Assembly: GCA_030264375.1 (NCBI GenBank)
Contig: JASCQW010000128.1
Span: 14,453,771 to 14,517,770 of the forward strand
DNA: 64,000 nucleotides
Source of the DNA: Carcharhinus longimanus
Taxonomy: Eukaryota
Direction of reading: 5' to 3'
The first letter of the stretch is position 1; each line of letters opens with the position of its first letter. Below are positions 13,141 to 24,872 of this stretch, piece by piece. The notes below the pieces were generated by a model. The model worked only from the letters and a program-made list of their open reading frames with translations. It searched no databases and was not told the origin of the DNA. Position numbers and translations under genes: made by a program.

Positions 13141-13481
13141 GGGGCAGCAGGATGACACAGTGGTTAGCACTGTTGCCTCACAGCTCCAGAGACCCGGGTT
13201 CAATTCCCGGCTTGAGTCACTGATTGTGTAGAGTTTGGATGTTCTCCCCGTGTCTGCATGGATTACCCCCGGATGCTCTGGTTTCTTCCCACAGTCCAAA
13301 ACTGTGCACGTTAGGTTGATTGGCCATGTTAAATTGCTCCTTACTATTAAGGGGAATGTCAGGGGAATTAGTTGGGTAAATATGTGGGGTTACGTGTTAG
13401 GGCCAGGGTAGGATTGTTGTCGGGTTCAGTCTTGATGGCCAAATGGCCGCCTTCTGCTCTACATGGTTTCTATGATTTCTA
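13141..13481 (+). mobile_element. Full-length HE1-like V-SINE inside an older minus-strand CR1 tail (~12935-13620)
   Basis: A/B boxes (cagtggttagc, ggttcaattcc), V-domain, tail ggccaaatggccgccttctgc...tctatgatttcta. Confidence 0.88.
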
Positions 13482-14427
13482 CTATGTATCCTTGTCTTGA
13501 CTTCCTCAGCAGAGGGAAGGATCCTAATGAATCCTTTTTAATCATTTTAAATACCTCAATCAGATCACCCCTCAATCTTCTGTACATAAAGGATTACAAG
13601 TATTTAACTCCTATTGATTGTTCTGAATAAAGATTGCCTTATCACCTTGTATTTCTATTTTAAGCATTTCGTTGCATTATTAAGAACCACATTTTACAAG
13701 TTCTTGCTTCTAAGACACAACTGAATGTGGCGGAGCATACTTGAAAATATAGATGTGGCAGTCTGATTAGTGGCTCCATGACTTTCTGTCCAAAATCGTA
13801 CAAGCAGTGAATCAAGTGCACCAGTTTCTATGCCCAAATTCCCCTGATGCACTTCCATTCCACGATGCCTTGTTAACTCATTAAACAGAACCCCAAATGA
13901 ACTGATTTGTGCTGAGGTTGCTGCTGCAGCTGTAACTTCCAACAATTATTTATAAAATTGACCCAAGTTCAGAGTCAGGCAGGATCGATGATGAAGACAT
14001 TAAGCGTCTAGTTGCTAATGCATTGCCAGCAGCCATTTCTACCCTCAGACTTCTGGAATTTGCAACTTTTTTTCATACCTATCCAACAGGTTGGGGTACT
14101 CAGAACTTAAGGTAATGATTTTTTTTTGTTTTGCTTTGATGCACTGTACGTTGTCTCAAAACATTGCCAGAAAATCCTCAATGCATAGATCATGGATAAG
14201 GTCCTACCTTTAGGTCTATTTTCATGTTCAGCTCAAAAGAGGATTGAATCTGTTGCTTATTTCAGTTAGGTTTCCACGTACAGTGCCATTTAGATGGCTA
14301 TATTTACCAGTCCCTTGAGATGAGCCTACCATTTTATGGAAAGAACCACATTTGCTTATCTGTGCCCACTGGAGTTTGGTCCAATCAATAGAGCATTATT
14401 GGATGCTTTAAGGTGCACCTTCCTGAG

Positions 14428-14965
14428 CTCTGGCTCAGTTGGCAGCATTACTAGGATTACATAGGATATACAGCTCAGAAATGGGTCATTCAGTCCATGC
14501 TGGTGTTAATATTCCACTTGAATCTTCTCTCTTTTTTAATCTAAATCTATCATTGTATGCATCTATTCCCTTACCCTGGTATCACCATTCTTACAAAGAG
14601 CATTCTTGCCTCTGAGTTAGAAGGTTGTGGTCAAGTTCCGTGCTAGCATTTGACCACAAAAATCAAGACTGACGCTTTGTGTAATGAGGGACTGCTGCAT
14701 TGTCAGAGATATCTTTCAGGTGAGATTTAAACCAAGGCCTTGTCTGCTCCCTCTGGTGGAGTTATTCCCAGTGTACTGGTCAATGTTTATTCATTGATCA
14801 ACATTAATAAAATAGGTTATCATATTGTTGCTCTAGCATTTTACTCTACATAAATTAGCTGCTACATTTCTTACAGCACAATGGTGACTATGCTTCAGTG
14901 GTTGTAAAGCACTTTCAGACTTCTTAATGCAGTGAAAGACAATGCGTAATGCAAATCCTCCTTTT
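14428..14965 (+). mobile_element. SacSINE1/Deu-SINE-like element interrupted by a short CR1-tail fragment (~14455-14585)
   Basis: tggctcagttggcagca...cttgcctctgagttagaaggttgtgg...ttaaaccaaggcc...gtgaaagac...atgcaaatcc. Confidence 0.75.
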
Positions 14966-17212
14966 TGTACTTGGGAGGGAAAACAGGGCATGCTGTTCTT
15001 CACCTAGCTGTCCTGTTATCTCACTGGTCATGTGATCCAGTCTTTCAGGAAAAATCCAGGTCATTCTGCAAATCCGGAATTTAGATTGAAAGCCATTGTT
15101 GGCAGTGTTGCAAATGGGCTTTATCAAAGGTTAAACCCTTGTGATAATCTGAGAGAAAATTATAATTGTGTGCGATCTGACTTGTTTACCTTACAAACTA
15201 TATATCCAGCAGCACCTGTGACACAAACTCTGTCAAAAAAAACCAGAGTTGTCTCAAATTTCATGCACAGACGATCATTATTGCTTCAGAGTTTCTGGGC
15301 ATTGAGCAAGAAATGTCAGAACACTTACTTCACTGTCCCTGTGAAATTTGCCAGCTTCTTTCCAAATTCTCAATGGTCAGCCTGCTTTCTGTCTGTTGTT
15401 GGCTTGAAAAGAATATATCTGATGATTCACAGTGAGCAAAACCATCAGAGATCTATTAGTCATATCCATAACCTTCATATTTTACAATGTCACATTTAAA
15501 GGTTTCATCTGTGAGCATTTAAATGCACTTCAACAATTTCCAGCTATTGCTAATCAATGTAATATTCATGGAGCCTTCACAACGCAACAATTTCTAGTAA
15601 ATCTCTCATTATTTTGAGGTGATTATATCCAAAATTCCACCTGTCTCCTCTGTTAATAATAATACAGAGCAGCTTCACTGGATACTTGCCATTTCTGGGT
15701 GATTATTTGAGGTTTGATTTAGAAACCTGGGAGATGAGACATCCAAATATTACCTTTAGAATTGAGAAGAGAAATATTCAGTTGTGCTTTTATTATTCCC
15801 AGGTGGCCCGCAAATATCTTAACAAGTGATGTTTGGAGTGGATACTTTTGAAGGCTAGTGGCTATCACAGGGATCATTGGTTAGGCTTTGTTAATGTGTA
15901 TTTGCAAAGTAAAGAACTGTAATTTCACGAAACATGACCTTGGCACATAACTCACACCTGCAGCATCATTGAAGAAAAGAGAACTCGCAAGGCTAACTCT
16001 TCAACAAACATGCCCTGGGGCAACCTGTCACTCATACTGGTTTCACTGCACTTGGTGTAACTTTCCCTTTCTCTATCTATGTGGTCAAGATAGTCTTTTA
16101 TTGTAATAAACGTACAACTGACGTAGTGAAGACATAACATAGGATGAAGCGGCTTCAGCGTTAACTGTGAATAAGGGAAATGTGCTTCTAACTATTGCAA
16201 CTGAGGTGGCTGGCAGGGGGAGGAGAATAGGAAATCCAAGTGTCAGGAACTTCAGGACTAAAGCAGTGACTGATGGATTATGCCATGTTGACATCTCTGT
16301 ATACTGTTACATCCAGCCAACATAGCCTGGAGATAAAAAGCTACCCTTTCACATTGTAATTTTCTGCAAGACTCGGCCCATACTTTGATAAGCGCGTAAC
16401 TTGTATTTGTTTCCCCCCCTCCCCCATTGTTGACCGACATCTAATAATCTAGTTAGGCCAAACTTAATTCTGAGGGAATTAATCATCAAGAGGATCTCTT
16501 GGTGTTTCCGCAGCTTGGACCTTGGGGTCTGCACATTCAGAATTTCATTGGTGGATTTAAAAAACTGTTTGCGGTTTGGTATGACCCGAGGGGCACCCCA
16601 AAGTGAATGCAGTGAAGTTCTAGGGAAGCAATCATGTCTCATGCATCTTTCCACTGCTGAAAGCATTCAGTAAATGTTTTTGAGAATTCTGTGAAGCTGT
16701 ACTCAATTCCATAGGGAATTAGCTAAAGATGGACAATGCATTTATACAGATAATAAACAACTTATGGATTTAGTTCTTTTGGTATCAACTTAGAATTTTA
16801 ATATGTTACATCTCCTTATTTTGGTGGGAGGACAGCATCAGTCCTTCTCTCCTCCTGTTACATTCAAGAGATTTATGGATCTGATAGCATTGAAAGGAGT
16901 TAAGTGAAATTGCTTTCGAAGATGTACAAATGTATGTAAAAGCCTCTCCTGTGAAGAAGTCCACAACACATAGTCTGTGTTGCTGTCTGGGACCAGACTA
17001 TCAAAATATTTGAATTTCTGAGTTTTTTGCTTTGCAATGTTCCAGCTGGTTGGTGGTAAATGCAGTTAGCTTGGTGAAGTGTAAAAGATGTGCACTTGTT
17101 AAATGGAGGCCCTATTTCTCATTGCAAACTTAGCTTGGCAGAGTCTCCAAGCTGGAGGTCCAGCATGATAAGCTGTGGATGCTAGAGAATGGCCATGGGG
17201 CAGTGTTTTCAT

Positions 17213-18938
17213 GGGTGGAATTCTCCAGCCTGCCAGCGGCTGCTATAGGGAAGGGAGTGTGTGGGGAATCGATGGGAGCCAAAAAGCCAAAAACCCTCAG
17301 TGTACAAACATGTTGCAGTTCTCCCAATGGCAGCTTAATGCTAGCTTGCTCTTCCCACCAATGGTGGCATGAATACTATTTGCATTCGGTTATATCCTAT
17401 GAATGCTTATTAAAACAGCTGCCAGCATCTGCCAGGCTTTCCAATCTTGCGTTGTGTCAGTGAGAAATTGCATTGGCATCAAACCCAATTGATAAAGAGC
17501 GGCATGCACAAGGTACCATCAGTTTGCCACAGACTTTGAGGTGAGTGCAACACTTTCATAGTGCTGTGCTCCTCCTGATGCACTGTTCATCACTCTGCTG
17601 GTTCCTGCCTTTCAGCTCCATGTCATACTGTCTTCATGAACAGCTCCATGCTGCTGGACCCATAGATATGCCTGTGTCAGCAAGGAAGATCCATACTGCA
17701 CCTGGAGTTGGTGAAGAACCCCCTCCCCCAAACCGATGCCACAAACCAGCACACTCATATGACCTGGACACCCTACTGTGGGACTCATACAGTCACTGCA
17801 ACAAAGGTTGAACCAGGTTTAGAGTGCAAGGTGAGGCTGGGAGAAAGGGCGGATCGTGGTGGTAGCTGAAGGAGGTGGGGGAGAAGGTTGAGGACTCACA
17901 GTGACAGGTAGAGGGGCATGAAATGGATGAAGAAGGAGGAAGGAAGAGGGGAGGGAAGCTGGACCTCGATAAGGTTGCATAAACAAGGGGATCAAACAGG
18001 TAAGCATATTGTTTACAGAAAGGGGATGCACAAAGACTCTGGATGTGGTGGGTAGAGATCTAAGTGGGGCATGGGCACTGTGAAATCCTATGCATAGCAC
18101 TGTTTGCCTCATTTATGCAAAGATTTCATTTTAAGATACTTCTGCCTATGTAATTAACTCTGTTAAGCTTAAAAAATTAACTAACACTTTACATCTTAAA
18201 ACTCAGACGGCATGCTGGGTTAGCGAGAAATTGACTGCAGTTTTGAAGGGTACAATTCAAGCAAAACAGGCTTTTCATAAGCCAAACAAGTTTTTCATAA
18301 ACAACATCTGCAAGGCCTGTTTCTCCAAGGTGGCGACAGCATGTGCAAAACAATTTCAATAAAAAGATAACGAATATATATATTGTGGTTTCAGCTCTGT
18401 GTTTGCAACTTTGTTTTGGAGTTGTGTGCAATTGGTATAGGCCTGGCAGAAAAAGTCAGTCTCTCTCTCCAGCTTTCCTCTTCCTTTTCGCTTTTGTAAT
18501 GATTTAATTTTAAGTTCTGTTCAATAAAAGAAATTCATTTCAAAATCGTATCAATGCTGTGTTCGTCTGTTCAAAGGAATGAATGGATCCTACAAGTACT
18601 TCATAGGGGTGGCACAAGGCGGGGGGTACAGTTAAATTGAGATACAGACTTTGTATCGAGACTGCTAGCCTTTCTCCTCTGGGGTGCTGATATCCTGTCG
18701 GGTCTGGTGAAGACAGGTGGACTGGAGAGAATCATACGATTGTGCTGGACTGGTGTTTAATTAGGTGCTGGGACCTTCAATTCCATCAGATGAAAGTGGC
18801 TGGTGAATCTGCTGCCAGGCCCCAGGTGACTTGTATGGGAATTGGCCTGTGCATAATTAATGAGGTTTTAAGCTCAGAGCCTGGTGCAGGTTTCTGCCAT
18901 TCTGGTCATGCTTATCTTAAAATGGGAGAATTCCACCC
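17213..18938. mobile_element. Non-autonomous TIR DNA transposon (PIF/Harbinger-like, inference)
   Basis: Perfect 14-bp terminal inverted repeat GGGTGGAATTCTCC (17213-17226) / GGAGAATTCCACCC (18925-18938); flanks CAT/TAT; no transposase ORF inside. Confidence 0.6.
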
Positions 18939-19705
18939 TATGTGTCTGGCTGCAGCAGTGCTGCAACAAAGAATCAATCATAGAGTCATGCTGCTCGGAA
19001 AAGCCTTCTAACCCCTCATTGTGCCATCTTTTTGAGAGAGCTATCCAATTATTCCCATGCTCTTGCTCTTTCCCTTTCCCACAGCCCCAATAAAAGGCCC
19101 TTCGCCAGGTCCAGACTGTCAACCACTATTGTTTTGCCAGTAATTTCTCATGGAGGGTATAACTCATTCAGTGTTTACTGCTGACTTGGCTATACCACTG
19201 GCTTTCAATCTGTAAGGAGGGGGCAAGGCAGGGATCTGCATCACTCTTGTTTTTGAACAACATGCTCCATGCTGGGTCTGAGTCCAAAGCTATAACTTAA
19301 ATCATACCCACCTAGATAGTGGGGAAAAAACTGGCTTGGGAGCAATGTCCCCTCCCTTGTAAAATGTCATTGTTGTGTGCGGCTCATTTTTCCAACATGC
19401 CGAATTTTGTTGTGTGGCAAGGCAAGCTGAGCATTTTGGGCAAAAACCTCCTGTGCGATATTTCCTGGCTGCTGTGTAGCCATGCATGTGTGCAGCCGAG
19501 CAGAGGTGGTGAGGTGGTGCCAGACATAGATAGAGGTGTCGCTTCAGTTGTTTTATCTGCCTCTATGGCATCAATAGGTCTAGATTGAAAACATTAGTGT
19601 CATCTAGTGACCTCTTCAAGTCTTACAATTTCTCACAATTTCATTGTAATATGTATTGTACATGTTATGTGGAAGAGGATATGAGGATAGGATGGGCAAA
19701 GTGGA

Positions 19706-20077
19706 TTTTTTTTTAATTGGTACATTTCAGTACTTTATTTCTAATCAGAAAGTCAATTCATGGTCCCCACGTGAAGGACAAACCAGATCCAAGCTGACAA
19801 GACAAGGCATTACGTCTTGGGCTCATTCAAACAAGGTCTAAGCTGACAGGATGAGGCATTGCACTCCCCTCCCAGGCTTGATCTAATGCTTCATCTTAGC
19901 CAAAAGGCCCAGATGGCTTTGAAAAATTGCATCAGGTAAAGCCACGCTTTAACCTCATTGGGTACCCTGATCCTTACTCTCCCCTAGCCTGGGCAAACCA
20001 CAGTTGCAGGCGTCAGCACATCCCCAGCGTAATAGGCTAGCCTCATCTCCTGCCAGATCATGTTTCACCACTGCCAG
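19706..20077 (-). mobile_element. Chimeric U1/U2 snRNA-derived poly(A) retroposon (SINEU-like candidate)
   Basis: Minus strand carries U1-like CTGGCAGTGGTGAAACATGATC, GGATGTGCTGACGCCTGC and GTGGTTTGCCCAGG, then exact U2 5' 17-mer GGCCTTTTGGCTAAGAT, a body with an internal repeat, AATAAA and A9. It splits a CR1 3' tail. Confidence 0.75.
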
Positions 20078-22208
20078 TTTGAGTTAGAAAATCAGCTACA
20101 ATACTGTTGATCGACAGACCAGGCTCAAGGGCTGAATGACCACTGAACTGACACTCAGAGAGATGACAGAGCCCAGGACTTTGCTAGGCCCCTGACCAAT
20201 GATGTGCCCCTGCGTCCATTCATCCCAGAGCTAGTAGAGTTGTGAGCACCAGGAAGGGATGTCAATATCCCTCCTCAGACTGCAAAGCTGACTGGAGGAG
20301 CACCACCTCCTTTTGCCCTGAAGTGATGGTGCCATCACTCAAATGCAATGAGGCCAACACTGCATGGATGGCATCCACAATCAAGACCATGGTGCGTGAG
20401 GTGTACTCCATGGTGGAGGTGTCCATTCCATGGTTCAGTTTATGATCTCCATGGCTGAGGGCATGAGTTCCATTGTGCAGGGTGTCAACTGCATGGTGCA
20501 GGCACAGGTGGGAATCCATTAGTGTCTGTGCCAGATGATGGTGGGGCTGGCCCTCTATCCAATGGAAGAGCCCGGGTGCTCCTGTGCACCTGAAGGGAAG
20601 AGGATCGGCAGGAGCACAGCCTGAGGCCATCCACTGGAGAGACCCTGGGAGGGTGTCCAGCCCATCTGACATTTGCCTCCAAGCTAGTGATACACCTCCA
20701 GCTATGCTCACTGAAGAGGGCAGCACTCTAACACCTGTGCAGCCTGAAAGCAGGTCCTGGACCCCTCAGGGGGTGCCCTGTAAGGTCATCTCAGACAACA
20801 GGGTATGGAAGTCCGCAGGTTGCCTCAACCTCAACTATGGTTCTTGGGATACACGTAAATATAGCAGGAGGGTGAGGAAAAGTAAGAAACAATGGACAGT
20901 TAGTGGGCACGGGTGAACCTTGACAATAGTACAGATAAGTCTCACCGTTGTAATATTGTATTAAACATCACCTAGTTCACCCATACTGATCCTCTGCACT
21001 ATCAGGTCATGACACCAAGCTCTGCAAATTTGGTGCTTCATCCCTGTGCAGCGTGGGAATGGCAGCACTATGTCTGACCCACTCTGATGACATAGTCAAG
21101 CTGTGCTGCTGCTGGCACGGGCCCCTGGCCTGCCTCCCCCATCCATAGGTGGTGACATGGAAATATACCTGTGGCTCTGCTCCCGGAGAGACATGGATCC
21201 AGTCTCCCCCTCCCTCCGCAGGGCAGTGTCCTGGCCACGTGTAGCAGCACATGGATGTCACTGCTGCTGACCAATCACCATCAGTAGAATACCTAACTCA
21301 ACTGGCTCCAGAATCATAAACTGAAAGGAAGAGAACATCAAATTGAGTGCTGAGGATTCCTGACAGGGCCCCGAGCCTCAGGCCTCTCAGCACCTAAGTA
21401 GGTGTCTTTCCACTAAGCCTCACTCCCTCCTCTCTCACACAAGAGCCACTTCCCCACACTCGCCCCTTTCAAATCTGCTTGAATGAATGACTTTGACCCT
21501 TGAGAGTCTCAGCGGGCTCGAAACTAAATTAAATAAACTGAAGGACAAAACAATAAGGACAGCCCCTGAAAGGGGTACCGCCCGAAGCAAAGCACAAACA
21601 AAACTTAAAATATGAAATCAAAGGAGTGCTTCAAAAGGATTTTTAAAAAACTGGGCTCAAATCAGTGACACACTGGTGTATTGCTGTGCTGACTTAATTG
21701 GTCAGGCAACTGGCTTTCTCTTATGGCAGGTGAAGCACACCTGATTTGTGTCAAGATTGCAATTAGCAAGTCAACTTCATCCCAAGAGGGCACCCCCATT
21801 CCCCCCAGCTCACAAGAGCTGTGGATTTAACCAGCCATCTAACTGGAATAGCCAGTTTCCTGACACTCACACCTCCATAACCAGTCCGTGATCTTCCATA
21901 CAGTTCATCCCCTTTGTCATCACAGTGCTACCAGAGTAGGGGTTCATTTTCACTGCAGTCGTCCTCCCCCAAGTGAGAGGATATTCAGGCCTCATGAGGC
22001 AGAGAAGCACCCTCTGTCAGAGTCCTCCAGTAGACTTTCATGGGACCCAACTCAAGAACCTCACAGTTGTTCCCAGTGCTGACCGTCTGTATTCACCTGC
22101 TCCCACTCACTTCTGGAAGGGCAATCCCTCAGTGGCCTAACAAGGAGGGCACAGGAGGTGGCACCTGCATGCAAGCCACCAGACTCCTTTCAACCTAGAG
22201 GGTAGCCA

Positions 22209-22308
22209 TGATGTGGAGTTGCTGGCGTTGGATTGAGGTAGGCACATGCACTCACCTGATGAAGGAGCGGCGCTACGAAAGCTCGTTGGATTTTAACCTT
22301 ACTTACTG
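22209..22308. mobile_element. ~100-bp Penelope-like mini-derivative (tail plus inverted hammerhead-bearing end)
   Basis: Begins tgatgtggagttgctggcgttgga (as at 241 and 9926), then switches to the opposite-orientation hammerhead plus gttggattttaacct...cttactg end. Confidence 0.75.
22253..22287 (+). ncRNA. Minimal hammerhead ribozyme motif, slightly degenerate
   Basis: CAC-CUGAUGA-A-GGAGC-GGC-GCUAC-GAAA-GCUC-GUU; cores intact, one mismatch in stem II and one in stem I. Confidence 0.65.
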
Positions 22309-24469
22309 AACCTAGCAGGTCACAGACATGAAAGGCCGCTAAGACTTGTGATCTGTCCCTCCCTCCTGCACAAATGAGAGGAGAGCACAAGGTTCTCATT
22401 TCTATACAGCTGTTGTAAATCACGTCAGCGCCATGTCACACCGATGCCCAATGAATATTCGGTGAACAGGGAAGAGCTGGAGAGAGGTGATGCGTTCAAA
22501 TGAATTTGCTGGCCTTCAATGACCTTTTGTTTTCAATCCTTAGCTGGCAAGTGGGATTAATTTTCAATCTCACTGGCAAGAATCTCTTTCTTCGAATCTC
22601 ACTGAATTCCCCAAACACATCGGCAATCTCACTGACTGCGAATACGATCTCAAAATTGCACTCCCAGAGTCTAATTTGTGATGACCTGATGCAGCTCACT
22701 GAATTTGCGAGAGTTTATTTCCCTATCTATTTAAGGGAAAACCAGAATTTTTAGCCAGAGATGAAATTGTAATACATTCTGTTGTAAACCATTATGGAGA
22801 ATTCATTCATTCCATCAGTTATAACAGGAATATCTTTCCCAGTTCTGAGAAATGTTTTACTGTTTGGGATTCCAAGTTAGCCAAGGTGATATAATTCTTC
22901 CTCGACTGCATTGTATCGTGTGTCCTTTAATCCTAAATATAGCGAATAAAAACTATAGGATGTTCTTCTAAAATGTATTGAGTGACGTAAGAACAGTAAC
23001 TGACTCGAATATATGCCTTAAGGGGTTGATCATGGTGATTGTTAAGAACTAAATTGATGAGTTAAATTGTACAAAAACATCAGGAAGTGAGAGATTTCTT
23101 CTGGTTTAATGCAGCACTGACTCAGCAACTGTTTGACAGCCAAATTTCTCCCTTTCCCCGAACTGTGTGGTTTGTAGTACAAAGCAAATGATTTGTTAGT
23201 CACTGATTAACATTTCATGCACTATGGGTTAGATGTTCTGATGCTAGTTAAAGGTGCCAGCCATGAACAGCTGCCAATGCAAAACTCTTTGAGACCAGTT
23301 CATTTGAAAATTGAGTGTGATTTTGCAACACAGCTTTGAACTTGCGATGGGAGCTAGCCCACTGGCGAAGGTAGCGAATCTCATTGGCAGTGAAAATCTA
23401 AACGGCTGTGACTCCCTAAGTTGAGTGAGTGACTGCCATGTTGCAGTTTTTACACAGGTTCGAGTTTAGATTTTGCCAACCTTATTGCCAAGGCGATGAA
23501 CTAAGAGCTCTTAGATGAGAATGTACCCANNNNNNNNNNTGCAAGTATGACTGGTGAAGTAGATGTGTCACTGCAGAAGGATGATTGAGAGATGGATTGC
23601 TCTCTTCATCTCTCCAGGCCATCCTACTGCCTTTCAGGAGCTGATGGTCAAACTTACTGACCTGTACAATACCAACTGGACAGTATTGTAAGATGATGTG
23701 CCAGGATAAGACTAACAGTAGTACTGCTTATCATGTCAAAGACCAAACATTTCACCTGAAACTATTGCTTGTTTTCACATATATGGCACGCCTGAGGTCA
23801 GCCTTGCAGCCGCAGTACACACATTTCGGTAATAAAGCAAGGCACTCACTCGAGATGCAGTGCCTGATTAATAGTCTTTTCACACTTGCATCTTACAAAT
23901 GTTTCACACATCCTATCATTGGAGTATAACCTAGCTTCATGATGCAAAGCCCCTTACTGTCTACTGACGGACCTATGTTTCTTCCCCTCATCCTCTCCGG
24001 AACCAGTATTACATGCCATGAAGACAATAGAGAAGCATTTAGCTAATTGTCATAGATTAGTGTCATATATGAGAGATTCAATAAGATGTTATATTTTGGG
24101 ACTGTCTCTAATTTAGGGTAAAATATAAGAATGAGTGGGGCAGGGGAAAATTGTGGGGGGGGGCGGGGGCAGCTTTTTTTATTAAGAGGAAGATGCAAGG
24201 TGTTCATACCTGTAATCCTTACCCAAAGCATTTGTGCTGATGTTAAATAGAATGTTCATCTCCAAACCCCCAGGAAGACATTAAGAATGTGTAACTAGTT
24301 ATACGTTAAACTATCTATTTCGTTTCAAGATGGAGCAAATTTGGGAGTTTAAAGGATAGCTAATTAGCATTTCTACCTGAATAAAAGGCCTATGTAATTC
24401 AGTTGCCATGAAGATGGACTTTGAGAGGAGGAAGCATTTGTCGCATGCCATTGTAGAATTAACGTCATG

Positions 24470-24872
24470 CTACTGGAGATTAGAAGAGTGAGGGATGACT
24501 TGATCGAAGTATATAAAATCCTAAATGGTCTAGACAAGGTGGATGTGGAAAGGATGTTTTCTCTTGTGGGTGAGTCCAGAACTAGGGAGCACTGCTTTAA
24601 AATATGGGGTCACCCATTTTTTTTGCTGAGCGTTGTGTGACTTTAGAACTCTCTGCCTCGAAAGGCAGTGGAGATGGGGGGGTGCGTTGGGTCATTGAAT
24701 ATTTTTAAGGTGGAGGTAGGTAGATTCGTGTTAGACAAGGAAACCAAAGATTATTGAGGGGTGAATGGGAATATGCAACTTGAAACATAAACAGATCAGC
24801 CATGATATGATTAAATGGCAGAGCAGGTTTGAGAGGCTGAATGGCCTAGACTTGCTCCTTTTTTTTGTATGT
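24470..24872 (+). mobile_element. CR1 LINE 3' fragment
   Basis: LEIRRVRDDLIEVYKILNGLDKVDVERMFSLVGESRTR frame followed by tail gatcagccatgat...ggctgaatggcct. Confidence 0.85.

Larger units (their letters stand above)
20130..22480. mobile_element. GC-richer degenerate block, possibly a DNA transposon (Harbinger-like) remnant
   Basis: Composition shift; minus-strand LLG...GYPL split by the mini-Penelope at 22209. No intact transposase frame. Confidence 0.3.

Noticed and set aside
13141-13215. tRNA genes at SINE heads
   Set aside because: A/B boxes are present but continue into the V-SINE body; no complete cloverleaf.
19887-20077. Functional U1 or U2 snRNA gene
   Set aside because: Only fragments are present, permuted and diverged; the U1 5' AUACUUAC and the U2 branch-pairing GUAGUA are missing; the poly(A) tail indicates retroposition.
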